A stretch of DNA of 63,802 nucleotides, filler included, from Pelomyxa schiedti (GCA_020536535.1; 13 parts of 13 records of this genome joined end to end with filler, not necessarily neighbours in it), one strand, 5' to 3'; shown: positions 50,923 through 62,919, counted from the first letter of the whole stretch. Numbers and translations are program-made. The notes: generated by a model not told the origin, from the sequence alone.

Positions 50923-51831
50923 CTACAGGTGAATGGCAGGGACAAGTGCATTGAGCCACTGTGAGATGGAATAGTTCACTTGGTCATCTGTCACAGTGCC
51001 CCCTGCTGTTGTTGCTGTTTGTGATGATGACACAATGGCGGTGCAGCAACACAACATCAGTTTCACAATCACTGTGAATGGAAACCTGTCCCCCTCTGTG
51101 GTTTGGGCCAGTGAGTGGTCATCACAAGTCAAGAGAAGGAAACACACACCAAGGATTGAAAGGCACGACTCAACGGCAAGTACAACGAGGTCTGCAGCCG
51201 CTGCCACCACTGTGGTCCATCTGGCAACTGCAGCAGAGGGGAATCAGGGGAGTGCATGAGGTGGTTAACAGCATCAATGGAAGCATTCCTCCTGCTCAAG
51301 CAGCTTGCAATGAATGACTCCCTTGACTCCTGGCAAAGTTTGTCCACCTCTTTTCAGTGCGTGAGAGCTCTCCCAAAGAAAGGAACAAACCATCAACTTC
51401 TTGGGGTGCAAGCAATCTCCTCAGTTCGTTCATGAAGTTGGCCTGTGAGAGGAGCGGGAGACTGTCAAGTGTTGAGTCAACAATGTCACCGTTGAGCATC
51501 TCAGTCATCAGAATTCCAAACCCCCACATGTCCCCTGTATTTTTGTAGGTGATTCAAACCACACAGAAAATGAAATAACTCAACCTTTGACTGAGTAATG
51601 TGCTGTTGACATTTGGGGAGCCATGTAAACAGGCGTTCCAGGCCCAATGGTTCTGTTGGTACCTTGGCTGATCAGTCTTGTTGTTGTTGTCCCTTGTGGG
51701 TCCATGGCTTGTGACACACCTTGGGTATTCAGAGGAAATCATTTTTAACAAAGTTCACACCAAAATCACAAATCTTGGGAACGCCATTTGCATCAAAGAG
51801 TACATTGTTGCTGCTCAGATCCCTGTGCATG
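50923..51831 (-). CDS. TKL kinase-family paralog, C-lobe exons (5' end cut by contig end)
   Basis: HRDLSSNNVLFD, DFG, GTPVYMAPQ, DMWGFG, QWLNALVPAIHL*; same introns as the paralogs. Confidence 0.8.
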
Positions 51832-52464
51832 NNNNNNNNNNNNNNNNNNNNNNNNNNNNNNNNNNNNNNNNNNNNTTAATTAATTAANNNNNNNNNNNNN
51901 NNNNNNNNNNNNNNNNNNNNNNNNNNNNNNNACGGAGATCTTATAAATGCTACGCAGGGGAATGGTGCCAAAGGTGTCAAGCTTAGCTTTGGTGAATCTC
52001 TTGCCATTCTAATCCCGCGATCTAAAGTCTATCTCACTAGCTACCGAGAACAGGCTGTCCCACTCGTGTCCACTGGTGCTCATTTTTCGGGGAGTATCAC
52101 TTCACCGTTGTTGTCCAGGGACACTGAGGGAGGCCCTTTGGCAACCAATAGAGTCTGTCCTCCACTTCAGATTCCGTCCTGGTACTCCAGTTCAGATTGG
52201 TGATTGGTTCCTCAGACCCTGGGAACTTCCCATCAGGTGAAAATCTAAAATTCTAATTTTCTTTTTTTTTTTGGTTTTTCCAGAACCACACAAAGTTAAT
52301 TTACACCATGATTACAAAAAAAACAACAACAGCGGAGATGGTAGCAGAGACAATACCACAACACAAGGCAGATCTTACATGGGTGCTGTGTTGCACTGTG
52401 TGTTGTTGTAGAGTGTCTAGAGTGTGGTGAGGTTGCTATGTGTGACAGACTGAGGATGGGAAGG

Positions 52465-52780
52465 AGAGTATATAGTATGGTGGAGATTGTGTGTAAACCT
52501 GGATATTTGTTGGGGGCAATGAGACAAGTTTTGGTGGAATGACTGTGTCAAGACTGTACATTGGATGTCAACAATTTTTGACTTGTTTCGTGATACTATG
52601 TAAGTAACTTCCTGTACTCTCAAAGTATCACAAAATCAGTCCAAAATTGTTGCTCTATCCAATGTACAGTCCTGACACAGTGGTTCCACCAAAACTTGTC
52701 TCATTGTCACTGACAAATATATATACAACAGGTTGTGTGTCGATCCTTTTACACATGATCGCCACCATACTATGTACTCT
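52465..52780 (+). ncRNA. Long imperfect fold-back hairpin (candidate hairpin RNA / miRNA precursor, or fold-back element)
   Basis: 52465-52600 is complementary to 52621-52780, with a loop of about 20 nt and one right-arm bulge; substitutions are mostly G:U-compatible on the + strand. Confidence 0.5.
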
Positions 52781-53878
52781 TGGTGTATTTACTGTTTACA
52801 GTCATGGGCAGGCATTATCTTTCCAATGAACCTTGCTGTGTTGATTGAGATGGAAAACAAGAATATGAGCATATGGCTTGAGTTTGGTTTCATTTCCCAC
52901 TTTTTACCCAAAAATTAAATTCACTAAAGACTCTATTTCTCCATAGACCTATTAATACACAATTACACTTACTTGGAATTGGCAGGAGTGGGCACATGAA
53001 TTCTGTTAGCTTCTGTGGGCTTGAGAATAAGCCCCACAGAGGAAGAAACTGAGAGTGAAGAGAATAAAGGGTTCTCTTGTTTGTTCTCATTGTTGTTGTA
53101 AAGGGATAAAAAGGGAGTGTGTAAAATCTTGCAGAGTGGTTGTGTGATTGGGTTAAAAGGCTGTGATGTTCAAATGGATTCTCAGACAAGTGTGCATGTA
53201 ATCAAAACCGCCTGCCACATTGTTGTTGCTGTATTTGTGCACCCAGCTGCGCTGTGTGCTGATCATTACCTTTGCTGTCTCATTCTGGTAATAGTTCAGA
53301 TTCGGCAGTCTCTCCAATCCCACTAAAGCACACCAGACTTTAGAGCCTCACAAGGCCAAGTTCGTGTACTTGTGGAAGTACACAGTTCCCAAATAATATC
53401 CATTCCCCACTTTAGGCAAAATTGGGCTACAGACTCAACAGTGGGCGCTGGGGGCAAACATTTTTTGGCGGTTGTCCTCCGAGGACTTCCCAGAAAAACT
53501 TACAAAACGGGAAGGTAGGTGTGTGTTTTTTTTCTTCTTTGACGGATAGGTACCTCTTTCACCACCTTCCTGCGGGTAGTGACGTGGGCCGTTGTGGCGA
53601 CAAGAGAATGTACAGTCGTGTGCCCCCTAGACCGGTGTTCCCGGATATGCGACACTTGAAGAAGAAAAAAAAATGTTTTTTTTTCCCTTAAACACCCATC
53701 AATGCTTCCCCTACACTCACACTTCAGTCCAACCCAGGCCTGGGAAACAACACTCGTGCAGGTAATCGTCGCCTGCACNNNNNNNNNNNNNNNNNNNNNN
53801 NNNNNNNNNNNNNNNNNNNNNNTTAATTAATTAANNNNNNNNNNNNNNNNNNNNNNNNNNNNNNNNNNNNNNNNNNNN

Positions 53879-54990
53879 AATCCCTTTTTGCTGTTTGCTT
53901 TTGAGAGTATAGGGCTTGTGCTGCGGTTGCTGCTGTCACTGCTGATGCTACTCTCACTGTTGTGGTGCTGTGCTGGTGTAGTTGGCATTGAGCCAATCCC
54001 CAGTGTCACTGTTGTTGCCATTCCTGGGATTCCAGCACCATTGTTGCCATATTCACCACCACTATCACCCCCATTGTTGTTGCTTCCTCCCCCTGTTCCA
54101 CTGCTACTGCTGCTGGTGTTGTTGTTGCTGCTGTTGTTGGGTGATATGTCATTTTGTGATGGTGGCGGTGATGCTGCTGGTGTGTTGTTTGATTTTGGTA
54201 ATGATGATGGTAGTGGAGCAAGGGATACACGTGACATGTTGGCTGGCCACTTTGTGGATGACAGTGAGCCACTGGCACCTCTGGAAGATGCACTACTACC
54301 ACTGCCTGCAGTGCTGGTGAGTGGCTGTAGCTCAACAACAACCCATGGCATATCACCTCCAGCACACCTCCCATCAGCAGTTAGTTTATGTGGTTCACGC
54401 ACTACTTGCTTGACAACCCTTCTCTTCCACTTGGAATCTTCATCTGCAATGGCTCTTCTCTGCTTCCTTCCTACTCCACCAAGCACAAGCACATGTGACT
54501 CTTGTATTGCTCCACAAAGCACCTTCAAGTAGTTGCGGAAGCAGCCACCATCAAATGGATTGTCAAATTCCCGTCCAGTTGAACTGTTCTTCTTTTTCTC
54601 AGGGTTGAGTGTGATGTGCTTTGGTACAATCCATATCTCTCTGAGGTCTTCATTTGTGGTCATTCCTCTGGCAACGAGTGACAAATGGTAGGATGCCAAT
54701 CCAGCCACACTCCACACCCCACATCCACAATACAGAGCAATCAGCAATGTGTCCGGAACTGATTTAAGTGTTTGTCCCAAGCACCACAACCCAACTTTCT
54801 TGGTCAGCTCACCATGTCCCCAGTCACTATTTACGATGCACTGAGAGGATGATGTGCTTGTTGAAATAGACTGGCACTCAGGGTTATTTTTACAGTCAAG
54901 TGTGAGAATGCAAAGCTGTGTGCAGCAAAGTGCTGCAGCAAACAGGGTATTGAACACAGTGAGAGACAGAAAAGTAACAAAGAATCTGTA
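53879..54990 (-). CDS. DHHC palmitoyltransferase (Erf2/ZDHHC9-like), internal fragment downstream of the DHHC motif
   Basis: TM3 (RFFVTFL...), TM4 ending YHLSLVARGMTTNEDLR (TTxE), NPFDGGCFRNYLKVLC (PaCCT-like); the DHHC motif itself is outside the contig. Confidence 0.85.
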
Positions 54991-55090
54991 NNNNNNNNNN
55001 NNNNNNNNNNNNNNNNNNNNNNNNNNNNNNNNNNTTAATTAATTAANNNNNNNNNNNNNNNNNNNNNNNNNNNNNNNNNNNNNNNNNNNN

Positions 55091-57175
55091 AAGGCGTATC
55101 ACTGGACGGTATATGCCGGGCCCTTGTGCACCCTAGCTGCGCCTGTAAACATCTGACGCTTAGATGTACGCCTTTCGATGTTTGGCTTACACTCACAAAC
55201 AAACAAGGTAAAAATATTGGTGCTGAGGGTGCCGCCAGCGTCGCGCGTGCACTTTCGTCAAACAACTCACTCGTGTCCCTGCATCTTGGTGGTGTGTCAG
55301 TTGGCACGACTGCCCACCCAATCACTCATTCCCCCTTTCCAACTGACACACACTCACAAACAAACAAGGTAACAATATTGGTGCTGAGGGTGCAGCAAGC
55401 ATTGCACGTGCACTTTCGTCAAACAACTCACTCGTGTCTCTGGATCTTTGTGGTGTGTCAGTTGGCACGACTGCCCACCCAATCACTCATTCCCCCTTTC
55501 CAACTGACACACACTCACAAACAAACAAGGTAACAAAATTGGTGATGAGGGTGCAGCAAGCATTGCCCGTGCACTTTCGTCAAACAACTCACTCGTGTCT
55601 CTGGATCTTTGTGGTGTGTCAGTTGGACTGCCACACACTCATTCCTCCTTTACTGCAACCAATTGACACACTCACCAAACAAACAAGGTAATAATATTGG
55701 TGCTGAGGGTGCAGCAAGCATTGCCCATGCACTTTCGTCAAACAACTCACTCGTGTCCCTGCATCTTGGTGGTGTGTCAGTTGGCTGCCCAATCACTCAT
55801 TCCCCCTTTCCAACTGACACACACTCACAAACAAACAAGGTAACAACATTGGTGATGAGGGTGCAGCAAGCATTGCATGTGCACTTTCGTCAAACAACTC
55901 ACTCGTGTCGCTGTATCTTGGTGGTGTGTTGGCACGACTGCCCACCCAATCACTCATTCCCCCTTTCCAACTGACACACACTCACAAACAAACAAGTTAA
56001 CAACATTGGTGCTGAGGGTGCAGCAAGCATTGCCCGTGCACTTTTGTCAAACAACTCACTTGTGTCTCTGGATCTTGGTGGTGTGTTGGCACGACTGCCC
56101 ACCCAATCACTCATTCCCCCTTTCCAACTGACACACACTCACAAACAAACAAGTTAACAACATTGGTGCTGAGGGTGCAGCAAGCATTGCACGTGCACTT
56201 TCGTCAAACAACTCACTCGTGTCTCTGGATCTTCATAGTATGTCAGTTGGCACGACTGCCCACCCAATCACTCATTCCCCCTTTCCAACTGACACACACT
56301 CACAAACAAACAAGGTAACAACATTGGTGATGAGGGTGCAGCAAGCATTGCACGTGCACTTTCGTCAAACAACTCACTTGTGTCCCTGCATCTTTATTGT
56401 GTGTTGACTGCCCACCCAATCACTCATTCCCCCTTTCCAACTGACACACACTCACAAACAAACAAGTTAACAACATTGGTGCTGAGGGTGCAGCAAGCAT
56501 TGCCCGTGCACTTTCGTCAAACAACTCACTCATGTCCCTGTATCTTGGTGGTGTGTGTCGTTGGCCGCCCAATCACTCATTCCCCCTTTCCAACTGACAC
56601 ACACTCACCAAACAAACAAGGTAACAATATTGGTGATGAGGGTGCAGCAAGCATTGCATGTGCACTTTCGTCAAACAACTCACTCGTGTCCCTGCATCTT
56701 GGTGGTGTGTCAGTTGGCTGCCCAATCACTCATTCCCCCTTTCCAACTGACACACACTCACAAACAAACAAGGTAACAAAATTGGTGCTGAGGGTGCAGC
56801 AAGCATTGCCCGTGCACTTTCGTCAAACAACTCGCTCGTGTCCCTGAATCTTTATAGTATGTCAGTTGGCACGACTGCCCACCCAATCACTCATTCCCCC
56901 TTTCCAACTGACACACACTCACAAACAAACAAGTTAACAACATTGGTGCTGAGGGTGCAGCAAGCATTGCCCGTGCACTTTCGTCAAACAACTCACTTGT
57001 GTCTCTGGATCTTGGTGGTGTGTCAGTTGGACTGCCACACACTCATTCCTCCTTTACTGCAACCAATTGACACACTCACCAAACAAACAAGGTAACAACA
57101 TTGGTGATGAGGGTGCAGCAAGCATTGCACGTGTGTTTTCATCAAAAATTTCACTTGTGCCCCCGCATCTTCACA
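55091..57175 (+). CDS. RI/NLR-type (28-aa) leucine-rich repeat protein fragment, one LRR per exon
   Basis: 13 exons of exactly 84 nt (starts 55208, 55369, 55530, 55688, 55840, 55997, 56154, 56315, 56467, 56621, 56773, 56934, 57092), consensus xNNIGAEGAASIARALSSNNSLVSLxLx, all with phase-1 GT...AAG introns. Confidence 0.92.
55208..57175 (+). repeat. Tandem exon+intron array, unit about 152-161 bp, 13 copies
   Basis: Both exon and intron are near-identical between units; two intron loop types occur. Confidence 0.95.
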
Positions 57176-57488
57176 GTATGGTCATTGGTGTGTGCCACTC
57201 GTTATTCCTCTCTTTTCCAATTAACTCACAAACAAAGGGAGCCAAAGAGGGCCCAAGGGGGGTGCAGGTTCCATAGAGACAAGTACATTATTCCTGTGGT
57301 TTTCCTGGTTNNNNNNNNNNNNNNNNNNNNNNNNNNNNNNNNNNNNNNNNNNNNTTAATTAATTAANNNNNNNNNNNNNNNNNNNNNNNNNNNNNNNNNN
57401 NNNNNNNNNNACGGAACCTGGTGTATGGGCTTTTGCAAAAAACATAATTTTGACGATGCAGATAGTTGTTTTACTTTTCTTTACTTTC

Positions 57489-59014
57489 TTAAAGACGACA
57501 ATGTGCATCTGCACTGGCGTTGGGATCAAGTTGCAGTGCCAAATGTTGCAGGCCGGCTTCCACACACAGTGGAATGATGATTCTCTTGTCATAATGGGAA
57601 AGCATTCCGCGGTTTAGAAGCGATTCCGCTTCGGCTGGAGAGTTGAGGAAGGCCAGCCGTAGCGCTTTGGTTTGTATGTGGCTGTCCTCTGCACGGTCCC
57701 CTTGGAGTAAATCCAGTGCCAGACTTTGGGCTTCTCGTGAGCATCCTGCTTTGGTGAAGCAGTCAAGTGTGCGATCAAGTTCTGTTGGGTGGTCCTTGAG
57801 AATTGCTGTTGCCACTTTGGTGGCAAACGCTGTGCTCAACGGCAAGAGTACAGATAGGACTTCTGGAATGTCTCCATGGTTCATAGCATTGGTGTATGTA
57901 GGGATGTAATCGTAGTCTCCTCGCTCGTAGAGAATTTGGAAAACCTTGGTGAAGGCTTTGGCCTTGGAATATACTTTTAGAGAGAGGGGATAGTCAAGTG
58001 GTCGTAAGATGTCACCCATCGCGATACTGCAGGAAAGCTTGTTGCCGGATTCAACAAGCTGTGAGATTAGGGTAGTTGAGCCTTGTTCCACTGCCAGGCG
58101 TGTCAACTCATAACTTTCGAATTCATCCAGGTTACCGATATCTAGCAGGAAACACAAATAGAGTACAAGTGCTTGAGGTAGAGGGGGTGTTGCCGGTATA
58201 TCACGTAGCTTGGCAATATATGCTTCACTCCTTGGATGTGCAAGCCTTGATACGCGGAATGCAGCTTCACAAATTTTTCTCTGTGCAATAAGTTCCAGAA
58301 TCCGGTCCGTATCAGCAGTACTTGTTGTAGATACAGAAGGGCAGCTTTTGTCTGCAGAAACAGGCGGGATGGGTTCCCCTTGAGCAGCGCCGATTGGTTC
58401 TTGTTCGCTACCCCTAGACACGTCTGCTGTAAGAGCTCCCGGAGTGACTTTTGCGCCATTGAAATCGTTTGATATGGGGTCCGTGCTTCCTGGAGGGTGA
58501 GGAGCTATAGACCAAAGCTGACCATCGATATCAAGGCAAAGGAATCGCTCTGCAGTCACGCACTTGGCCACAAGAAACAACTTTGAAGGACAGGTCTCCT
58601 GGTGGAGAAACTTGCCGCCTTTCAGCGTATACATGCCAACAAGGCCAAGCTTGGTAACAACGAAGATAACTCCGGACTTTTCCAGTGCACATATACCCAC
58701 GGGAAAGTCTCCGTCGCCACACGTTGCCACAGTATCGCCAAGAATTTTCGGAACACTTCTTTGCTCCGTAGGGGCGATTAGAAGCGACTTATTCAGGCCG
58801 CCAATCAAGCAGAAGTAGGTAACTTTAGAGCCGTCTCCAGGTTCAGGAGTGAAATCAGCAAAGCAAGCAGCGGTAGTTTCCAGCACCTGAGAAACATTCA
58901 CCGTAGAGCTAAACAGCTGCGTGCACCCAGATGTCTTCCCGTCGGTGGATTTCAGCCCGGTAATGAACGCCCATGTCACACTGGAATTCACGCCGTAATT
59001 GACGATGGAGCAAC
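57489..59014 (-). CDS. Divergent, C-terminally truncated clathrin heavy chain-like protein (intronless; 5' end cut by contig end)
   Basis: Clathrin heavy chain-like segments DFPVGICALEKSGVIFVVTKLG, LDEFESYELTRLAVEQG, KLSCSIAMGDILRPLDYPLSLKVY and HIQTKALRLAFLNSPAEAESLLNRGMLSHYDKRIIIPLCVEAGL, followed by TAA. Confidence 0.85.
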
Positions 59015-59114
59015 NNNNNNNNNNNNNNNNNNNNNNNNNNNNNNNNNNNNNNNNNNNNTTAATTAATTAANNNNNNNNNNNNNNNNNNNNNNNNNNNNNN
59101 NNNNNNNNNNNNNN

Positions 59115-59245
59115 AGCGCCAGGGCGTGGCCGACGTCGACGGGGTGGCCACCCCAGCCTCGGTAGAACTTGACAGCGAGGCTGTACATGGCCTCAGGATC
59201 CCTGAGTTCCGCTTTGCGATGCAATTCTGCAGTGTCGTCCCCCAT
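59115..59245 (-). CDS. SEL1-like repeat protein, 5' fragment
   Basis: KAELRDPEAMYSLAVKFYRGWGGHPVDVGHAL matches a SEL1 repeat. Confidence 0.65.
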
Positions 59246-59417
59246 GACCTGTGTTGTGAGGTTAAATCAAAACTTTCCTGGTGATGACTGTGTGACGAGG
59301 TGTGCTGCAGAGTAAGGTAGTAACTACAATGGTGATTAGTAACCTGAATACACCACCATTTGGCCTCAAGCCTGTTTACTCCACCATCATTGAAGCAAAA
59401 ACTTGATTAAAAACAAC

Positions 59418-59696
59418 ATGAGGTCACGCCAGGCGTGGTTCCGTGCCGCGGACCATGGCGACACCGACGCACTGCGGCGCCATCTGGCCGGCGACCGCGA
59501 CATACTAAACTCTGTCAACGACGAACAACAACAAGTGGTGAGTGCAATGCGTAACAACTCCCTTTTTCTTCCGACACGATAACAACTCGTTTTCGCCGCC
59601 ACACACACACAGACAGCGTTGCATTTGGCCACGTGTAGCGGGAAACCGAAGTGCGTCGAGTTCCTGCTGTCAATGAATATCGATGTGAATTCTCAG
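59418..59696 (+). CDS. Ankyrin-repeat protein, first two exons
   Basis: MRSRQAWFRAADHGDTDALRRHL...|TALHLATCSGKPKCVEFLLSMNIDVNSQ| with a gtgagt...acag intron. Confidence 0.7.
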
Positions 59697-59842
59697 GTAT
59701 GAGGGCCCTTATTTTGTAGGCACTCACGACTTTGTATCTCTCACTTCACAGATTGTGTGTAATATCCATCTTGATTATGTTTTCATTCCCTTTCCTCTAA
59801 CACATAAATCCAGGGGGACCTTGTACGTACTGCCAACTCTCA

Positions 59843-60512
59843 ATCCTTTCATTGCGTTTATTCATCAATTTCTGACTGGTTTCAATTTATCTCTCTTTGC
59901 TTCACTCTCTGTGGCATGTTTAGGATGTGCATAACTGCTCCCACCACTTTTTTATTGCTTTTATTCATCAGTTTCTGACTTGCTTCAATTTATATCTCTT
60001 TGCTTCACTCTCTGTGGCATGTTTAGATTGTGTGTAACTGCTCTCATCCCTTTTTTATTGCGTTTATTCATCAATTTATGACTTGATTCAATTTCTCTCT
60101 CTTTGCTTCACTCTCTGTGGCATGTTTAGCTTGTGTGTAACTGCTCTCATCCCTTTTTTATTGCATTTATTCATCAATTTCTGACTTGATTCAATTTCTC
60201 TCTCTTTGCTTCACTCTCTGTGGCATGTTTAGCCTGTGTGTAACTGCTCTCATCCCTTTTTTATTGCGTTTATTCATCAATTTATGATTTTATTCAATTT
60301 CTCTCTCTCTGCTTCACTCTCTGTGGCATGTTTAGCCTGTGTGTAACTGCTCTCATCCCTTTTTTGTTGCATCTATTCATCAATTTATGACTTGATTCAA
60401 TTTATCTCTCTTTGCTTCACTCTCTGTGGCATGTTTAGCTTGTGTGTAACTGCTCTCATCCCTTTTTTATTGCGTTTATTCATCAATTTCTGACTTGATT
60501 CAATTTCTCTCT
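59843..60512. repeat. Minisatellite, 103-bp unit, about 6.5 copies
   Basis: ttcactctctgtggcatgtttag recurs at 59901, 60004, 60107, 60210, 60313 and 60416. Confidence 0.95.
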
Positions 60513-61365
60513 GCAACACTTTCTCTCATTTTTCTCCCTATCATTGGACAATTGGATCCTTTTATTTGCCATAAGGGAGTAAGTACTCCTGACAGCTTTT
60601 TTTTTGTTCTAACTTTCCACGATTTTTATGATATTTTGCACTGCTGCAGATTGTATACTCCACTCCTTGAATTTTTCCTGTGCTTACCTTGTTATTTTTC
60701 AGGAAGTACAACATTTTTTTTCTTGTTCTTGTTGTTACTCNNNNNNNNNNNNNNNNNNNNNNNNNNNNNNNNNNNNNNNNNNNNTTAATTAATTAANNNN
60801 NNNNNNNNNNNNNNNNNNNNNNNNNNNNNNNNNNNNNNNNGTGAAAGCAGGAAGCGCTGTGCTTCAAGTGGCAGGGTACTTTGGTATTGTCTCAGGTTTA
60901 TCTGCAATTTATGTTGGCTTTGCAGAAGTGAATGGGTGGCCTCAGCTTCAATGGTGGCCAAATTGAAATTACACAATAACAATATTGGCCCGGCACAGTA
61001 AAAAAGATCAGACGAGTGTTGTGAGAGGTGTCTGTTGCGTCTGTCAATCAATCTTTACTCGTCAAGAACACACACGACCTGCGGGGCATCAAACTCTGTC
61101 GCCGTTTCGAGAATGGAAGACAACAGCAATCAATCTCGATGCTTATTTAGGCGTGGGATCCCATTAACAATCCCACACACGTCATCGTTCACTTGTGGGC
61201 TCGGCACCACAACTTGTTTTCTCAGGGAGGAAGATCAACACACAAGTTGGAGGGGGAAACTTGGTTTTGAGTTCATTTCTACCCGTAGTTTTTCCCATAC
61301 TCACACCAGTACAACAAAACAGTGTTAAAAGCGAACGAACACAGCAAGTCGACAACGAAACAAAA

Positions 61366-62150
61366 ATGGCTGCCATCACATCTTCATCGTTGCCAGGCCG
61401 TGTCTGCACATACCCCCGGACCCAGCCTGATTCGCCCATGGTGGAACTGCAGCGACGGCGCAACGCGACGGCAACAGCGGCCGCCGCCCTCGCCAACACT
61501 TCGCGGGGCCCGAGGCTCAACCCTCTGGGAGCAGAGGCAGCACTGCGGGGTGCCCACGCCGACGTGACAGCCGCCCAGCTGGGCATCCAGGCTCTCCAAG
61601 CTAAATACCGCTCCGTCGAGAGCACCGAGGCGCAGATCCTCATGGCCGACCTGAGCCAAAGCACGATGGTCGACGCGACGGCGGTCGCTCGTGCCAAGAA
61701 GGCTGAGCTGGAGAGGAAGATAGCCGCCGAGTCGGTAAAGTTGGAAAAGGGCCGGGACATTTTGGGTGCCGCAGTGAGGGACCAAGGTATTTTCTTCTCC
61801 GCCCCGGTTTCAGTTTCACTCGCACACTTATGGGCTATATGGCAACAAATTCTAACATGAACCCAAAAGGTGAGGTTGAAAAGAGAGAGCGTTTGATCCG
61901 CGGCGCTCAGACCCAATGGGAAACTGCACAAAGAGAGGAGAATGAATTCATTGGAAGATGGCAGTGGATTGTCATTCTCTGCGACGATGGCACTGATATG
62001 GCTAACTTTGTGCGGTACAATGCTGCTTATTTTGATCGGTCTGCCATTGCCACATCGCCTGAAGGTCACACATTTCTCAACCAAATGGGCTTGGCCCACG
62101 AAGAAACAAGAGAGGTCAAGCCCCCTTTCCCTCCCCACTTTTTGATCTAA
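61366..62150 (+). CDS. Hypothetical coiled-coil protein
   Basis: GC/CpG-rich Ala-rich 5' ORF followed by a second ORF; splice path not resolved. Confidence 0.4.
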
Positions 62151-62696
62151 TCCGCAAAACAAATCAGCTTTCTGAACTCATACGCACAAGGAGGGTGAAG
62201 TCTGTGTTCATGAAGCACAATTGCAACCTTATGCGCCTCTGTGATGAGAGCTCAATTCCGTGAGCATAATTTCCTGGCAGTGAACCTCCTCACTAATTAA
62301 TTTTTTTTTCCAGGTATGCCACAAACAGTGCAACGGCGATGAGACTACTGTTTTGACCGCAGATTGTGCTATCTATTATTGTGGATTGTATTGTACACCA
62401 AAGAATGATGGATTGCAGACATCATTTTCCAGATTTTGTGAATGCTTTGTTTAAAGGAAATAAAAAANNNNNNNNNNNNNNNNNNNNNNNNNNNNNNNNN
62501 NNNNNNNNNNNTTAATTAATTAANNNNNNNNNNNNNNNNNNNNNNNNNNNNNNNNNNNNNNNNNNNNGACAATTATTTGATGTAAGCACCTTTTCCAAAG
62601 AGCAAGAGAGTCTGCCTGCAGGTTTGTTCTTTGCGCATATCTTATTTTATTTTAATTATTTTGTAGAGTACAACCGTGACAGCCTCTCTGTTACTG

Positions 62697-62778
62697 GACC
62701 ACCAGGCAACCAGGCAACCAGGCAACCACGCAACCACACAACCAGGCAACAACGCAACCACCAACCACGCAACCACAC
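62697..62778. repeat. Short degenerate tandem repeat (ACCAGGCA/ACCACGCA)
   Basis: About 10 degenerate 8-mers. Confidence 0.75.
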
Positions 62779-62919
62779 AGGTGTAAGGGGAAAAAAAAAA
62801 TAAATTATGTCTTCCAATTTGTAGGCAACCTGGGAAAATCCCCAATTTGTACCCGATTTGAGAATGCTTAAAGCGGTGCCACTTTGAAATCCCTCCACTT
62901 TGTCCAAAGTGTGCACTAG

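Noticed and set aside
55208-57175. Repeat array as a possible CRISPR
   Set aside because: No unique spacers; units are LRR exons plus introns in a eukaryotic gene; no cas genes.
25411-62567. Recurrent TTAATTAATTAA motif between N runs
   Set aside because: Artificial six-frame-stop contig spacer; gene adjacency across these linkers has no biological meaning.
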